A stretch of DNA of 63,667 bases, the filler included, from Ministeria vibrans ATCC 50519 (Eukaryota; Protista; Filasterea), in NCBI GenBank assembly GCA_943704425.1. It is 4 parts of 4 records of this genome, joined end to end, with 100 filler letters (N's around TTAATTAATTAA, not from the genome) between each part and the next. Parts side by side here need not be neighbours in the genome. Positions count along the whole stretch, not along the records: positions 48,076 to 62,201 come from CALSCP010000585.1; positions 62,302 to 63,667 come from CALSCP010001668.1; 2 more parts are not named here. The stretch is one strand, 5' to 3'. A program made the position numbers and the translations under genes. Shown here piece after piece: positions 60,333 through 63,667 of this stretch (within the stretch, counting starts at the first letter, position 1; every line of letters begins with the position of its first letter). The notes under the pieces are model-generated. The model saw only the letters and a program-made list of their open reading frames with translations, was not told the origin of the DNA and searched no databases.

Positions 60333-60405
60333 GCACTGATGGCTCAATTGGCAGAGCATTGGACCGCAAATCCAACGGTTGCAGGTTCGAGTCCTGCTCG
60401 GTGCT
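60333..60405 (+). tRNA. tRNA-Cys(GCA) with C33
   Basis: Acceptor GCACTGA/TCGGTGC, U73; arm TTGGA-CCGCAAA-TCCAA. Confidence 0.88.
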
Positions 60406-60436
60406 CCCCTTCTTCCCTCTCCTTGTTGTATCATCA

Positions 60437-60508
60437 GTGTACCGTAGCTCAGTGGTAGAGCGCCGAACAATATTTCGGAGACGCAGGTTCGATTCCTGCC
60501 GGAAGCAC
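60437..60508 (+). tRNA. tRNA-like gene, probably degenerate Ile(AAT) (6-nt anticodon loop)
   Basis: Canonical D arm TAGCTCAGTGGTAGAGC and T arm GCAGG-TTCGATT-CCTGC; arm CCGAA-CAATAT-TTCGG; mispaired acceptor stem. Confidence 0.65.
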
Positions 60509-60528
60509 CCATTCATTGTTTTGTTGTT

Positions 60529-60602
60529 GCATCCATAGCTCAATTGGACAGAGCAGAGATTTTCTAAGTCTTTGGTTGGGAGTTCGAGTCTCTCTGGATG
60601 CT
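60529..60602 (+). tRNA. tRNA-Arg(TCT), intronless
   Basis: Acceptor GCATCCA/TGGATGC; arm GAGAT-TTTCTAA-GTCTT; T arm GGGAG-TTCGAGT-CTCTC. Confidence 0.85.
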
Positions 60603-60627
60603 TTTGTGTTGTGTGTTGTGATGTTTT

Positions 60628-60712
60628 GCACTCGGAGACGTTGGACGTCGACTGTGTTGGAAGCACAGTGCCTCTCTGGGGGTAGCAGGTTCGATTCCTG
60701 TCGAGTGCGCCA
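60628..60712 (+). tRNA. tRNA-Ser(GGA) with long variable arm and genome-encoded CCA
   Basis: Acceptor GCACTCG/CGAGTGC, G73 then CCA; arm CTGTG-TTGGAAG-CACAG; V arm TGCCTC-TCTG-GGGGTA; short D arm. Confidence 0.82.
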
Positions 60713-60734
60713 AATCTTGTTGTTGTTGTTGTTT

Positions 60735-60767
60735 GGTGGCTTGCCCGACTGGTGAAGGGATCGCTTT
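60735..60767 (+). tRNA. tRNA-Leu(CAA) copy 2 (cut by gap)
   Basis: Identical to the 5' half of 59967-60039. Confidence 0.7.
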
Positions 60768-60943
60768 NNNNNNNNNNNNNNNNNNNNNNNNNNNNNNNNN
60801 NNNNNNNNNNNNNNNNNNNNNNNNNNNNNNNNNNNNNNNNNNNNNNNNNNNNNNNNNNNNNNNNNNNNNNNNNNNNNNNNNNNNNNNNNNNNNNNNNNNN
60901 NNNNNNNNNNNNNNNNNNNNNNNNNNNNNNNNNNNNNNNNNNN

Positions 60944-61024
60944 TTGGAGACGTTGGACGTCGACTGTGTTGGAAGCACAGTGCCTCTCTGGGGGTAGCAG
61001 GTTCGATTCCTGTCGAGTGCGCCA
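60944..61024 (+). tRNA. tRNA-Ser(GGA) copy 2 (5' end in gap)
   Basis: Near-identical to 60628-60712, including the terminal CCA. Confidence 0.7.
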
Positions 61025-61046
61025 AATCTTGTTGTTGTTGTTGTTT

Positions 61047-61119
61047 GGTGGCTTGCCCGACTGGTAAAGGGATCGCTTTCAAGCGGCGATTTCGGTGAGT
61101 TTGATCCTCACAGCCACCC
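61047..61119 (+). tRNA. tRNA-Leu(CAA) copy 3, diverged
   Basis: Several substitutions relative to copy 1, including T loop TTTGATC and C73. Confidence 0.7.
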
Positions 61120-61216
61120 CTCGCACTCCCACAAACACATCCTTTCAACGCGCCGCAATTTTCCCGTTCCATACAGCTGAATTTGGCGGAAATCAAAACC
61201 AAAAACAACCGTAAAC

Positions 61217-61294
61217 TCCCATAGTATATAGTAGCTCAGCGGGTAGGGCACAGTGCGTATAACGCCGAGGTTGCGGGCTCGAATCTCGTTGGGA
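61217..61294 (+). pseudogene. Decayed tRNA (possibly Ile-TAT or Met derived)
   Basis: GTAGCTCAGCGGGTAGGGC D-arm-like segment, GCGTATAACGC loop, GCGGG-CTCGAAT-CTCGT T-arm-like segment, TCCCA/TGGGA acceptor remnant. Confidence 0.45.
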
Positions 61295-61405
61295 CGTCGG
61301 AGTTATTTTACAATCTTTTCGACTCAATTGCAACCCATCATTCAGATCGTAGAGCATCATTAACAAAACAAACTTTTCATTCAAAACGTTTTGGTCTCTG
61401 ACCAA

Positions 61406-61971
61406 TCAGTAGGATGGGGGATTCGGCTTTAGCTTACGCATCGAATAGTACTCAACAACCTGTGCAGGCAACTCCTCAAGAACATCCCGTGCCAGTTTCG
61501 CCGGATTTACTCCTAAGTAATTCCGGAAGGGCACAAACTGCACAATGTCACGACTTGCTGTTTTGCCACCGTAGCTTAGACGCACGTCATCTCCATCGAG
61601 CTCCTCCATCAGATCAAAATCAGCACCTACACCATAACGGATTGTTGGGGTTTGAGTTAGAGTAAGTATGAGCGAGAAGCGAGAGAGTAAGAAAAAACAA
61701 AATATACATTCTCTCTCTCGTACCTCCAACACCAACGATAATAATACTCATGGGCAGATCAGCAGCGTCTACAATCTGTTTCTTGGTCGCATCCATGTCG
61801 CCAATACACCCGTCGGTCAGGATCAGCAGCACAAGGTAGCTCTGATGAGTGCGTTCGGCTGCAGCTGCCTCACGTGCCAACATGGCTGTCCGTTGGATCA
61901 GCGGCGCAAACACTGTCGGTCCCCACAGTGTCACATTTTGCAGTGTCTGCCATTGAGAAAAATAATAGCAA

Positions 61972-62035
<64 letters not shown>

Positions 62036-62110
62036 AAGTGTGCAATTAAACTTGATAGTTATAAAGTGTATCTGGTTCGCTTACCATTGCATAGGCGTGA
62101 AGAATCCCAT
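61406..62110 (-). CDS. Copine, C-terminal vWA domain (5' truncated)
   Basis: LWGPTVFAPLI; YLVLLILTDGCIGDM..TK..IVDAADLPMSIIIVGVG; DFDLMEELDGDD; RDIVQFVPFR; LARDVLEELPAQVVEYY. Confidence 0.92.
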
Positions 62111-62245
62111 CAATTCCATTGCAATCCGGGTTCTACACAAACACACACACACACAAACGCAATCAACAACTTCTCATTACATTTCTTCCCCCTCCCACCC
62201 CNNNNNNNNNNNNNNNNNNNNNNNNNNNNNNNNNNNNNNNNNNNN

Positions 62246-62257
62246 TTAATTAATTAA
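62246..62257. other. Artificial scaffold linker
   Basis: TTAATTAATTAA inside N runs. Confidence 0.95.
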
Positions 62258-62302
62258 NNNNNNNNNNNNNNNNNNNNNNNNNNNNNNNNNNNNNNNNNNN
62301 NC

Positions 62303-62434
62303 CCGACCATGCGGCCGACCTTTGTCGAGTTGTCCGAGGAACTCGCGGAGATGGCATCGCGTGCCGAGAAGGCCTGCGGTCACACCGCCGACCTGGGTCT
62401 GTCCCTGGACCAGGCACAGTCGTCGTCTCTTTAA
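62303..62434 (+). CDS. C-terminal fragment of a probable TK/TKL protein kinase
   Basis: PTMRPTFVELSEELAEM matches kinase subdomain XI P..RPTF.EL; stop at 62432-62434 followed by an AT-rich UTR. Confidence 0.45.
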   Translation, partial: PTMRPTFVELSEELAEMASRAEKACGHTADLGLSLDQAQSSSL

Positions 62435-62757
62435 GCGCAAGAGCAAGGACAACAAAAAATAACACTTTTCGTATATAATTTTATCAATTTTCTTTAAAAT
62501 AAAAATAACAACAATCTTTTTTTTCTATCTTTGCTTCGCTTCAGTTATTTCATTGCTATTGTCATTTTCATTCGTACAAAGAGAAAGAGAGAGAAGAGGT
62601 AGAAAGAAACAAAGTGATAGAGAGAGAGAGAGAGAGAGAGAGAAAGAAAGAAAGAGGAGAAAGAAACAAAGTGATAGAGAGAGAGAGAGAAAGAAACAAA
62701 GTGATAGAGAGAGAGAATGTGTTGTGTGAAGGAAGCAAAGTGATAGTGGGAGGCAAA

Positions 62758-63206
62758 TCATGAAAGCTTAGCATTTTGCGTCCAATCATATGGATCGTAG
62801 ATAATGCGCCAGTCGGCCATGGCCATAAAGCGCAAGAGGCGCGTCTTGGTGTCGGCATCGACAAAGCGCGAGATCCAGGCAATAGTGGCGCTTTCGGAGC
62901 CGCCAAAGTCACTGCGGTACCATTTGAAGATGGCCGACAGGTGAATGATGTGGCGCTCTTGGTCAATCTCGCATCCGCCTGAGCTGAGAAAGGATCTGGT
63001 CGCCAGGTCCAGCTGCTCATTGAGTTTGCCTAAAAGCAGAGGAGGAAGAAACGACCGCCGTGAAGTGGATGATTAGGTGCGCTGGTTTGCTAATGTTGTG
63101 TGGGTTACCATCGGCCGAGTAGGTGCGGATGGGAGGACAGCTAATGGAGAGCAAAGGAGAGGAGAGAGAGAGAGAAACAAAGTGATAGAGAGAGAGAGAA
63201 ACAAAG

Positions 63207-63278
<72 letters not shown>

Positions 63279-63634
63279 CGTGATATAGAGAATATGAGAG
63301 AGTGAGCTGATGAATGAAAAGGAGAGAGCTCTTTCGTACCCTTTTGCACCACAAACGAGAGCGAAGTGAATTCGAGGGTCGACAAGCGAGACAGCAGCAG
63401 CAAGGCGAGGGTCAGAGGAGCCAAACGGAGCGCGTCCGGTGACGGAGGCGGGGGACGGGCGGTTGGCGCGCAACAGGCCGTTTTCAAGGTCGTCGAGCGA
63501 GTAGGCGTACGCCCCGAGAATGTACTTGGTCTGATGGAAGAAAGTGTACCGCTGCCAGTTGGACTTGGGCGCAGCCGTTTGTGTCAGTGCGTGGACAATC
63601 AACGCGTTGTAGATGTTGATGTACGTTGCAATCT
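62758..63634 (-). CDS. DUF547-domain protein, C-terminal part
   Basis: YINIYNALIVHAL; YSLDDLENGLLRAN; DPRIHFALVCGAKG|CPPIRTYS; terminal YDWTQN. Confidence 0.85.
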
Positions 63635-63667
63635 GCAAAAAAAAAAAAAAAAACACCGTATTAAAAA

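Noticed and set aside
60555-60575. Reading tRNA-Arg(TCT) as a CTA amber suppressor
   Set aside because: The stem register GAGAT/GTCTT places TCT at positions 34-36.
59633-61294. tRNA array as a contaminating phage or bacterial contig, or as a CRISPR array
   Set aside because: Both ends run without a gap into sequence carrying spliced eukaryotic genes, spacers are host-like microsatellites, and the units are different cloverleaves, not identical repeats with unique spacers.

Overview
Eukaryotic draft-assembly DNA from a compact, intron-containing unicellular eukaryote: GC-rich exons, short GT-AG introns full of CA/GA/ATT microsatellites; the lineage cannot be fixed from this window. The window joins four scaffolds (about 1-21719, 21820-47975, 48076-62201, 62302-63667) with N-padded TTAATTAATTAA linkers, so adjacency across linkers is meaningless. 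Scaffold 1: a PIF/Harbinger DNA transposon, a UBE2E-like E2, a GATA factor, MLH3, a cupin, GLOD4, an Acr2/Cdc25-like rhodanese, an orphan Cys-rich ORF, a bacterial-type Macro+SIR2 fusion gene and the ALG6 3' end. Scaffold 2: the major vault protein 5' end, R3HCC1-like, PRMT3, GAPVD1, a very large EGF-repeat type I membrane protein and a CHASE-PAS hybrid histidine kinase. Scaffold 3: a kinase-PARP fusion, a stray bacterial EAL-domain fragment, ERICH2-like, C1orf50-like, a Siw14-like phosphatase, a GH39-like hydrolase with a SUEL insert, and copine. Scaffold 4: a kinase tail and a DUF547 gene. The most striking element is a dense, co-oriented, operon-like array of about 14 structurally non-canonical, phage/bacterial-looking tRNA genes (59633-61294). 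It has TG-rich spacers of 17-70 bp and a single upstream TATA box, and may be a polycistronic accessory tRNA set in a nuclear genome. All assignments come from reading motifs by eye; no searches were run.
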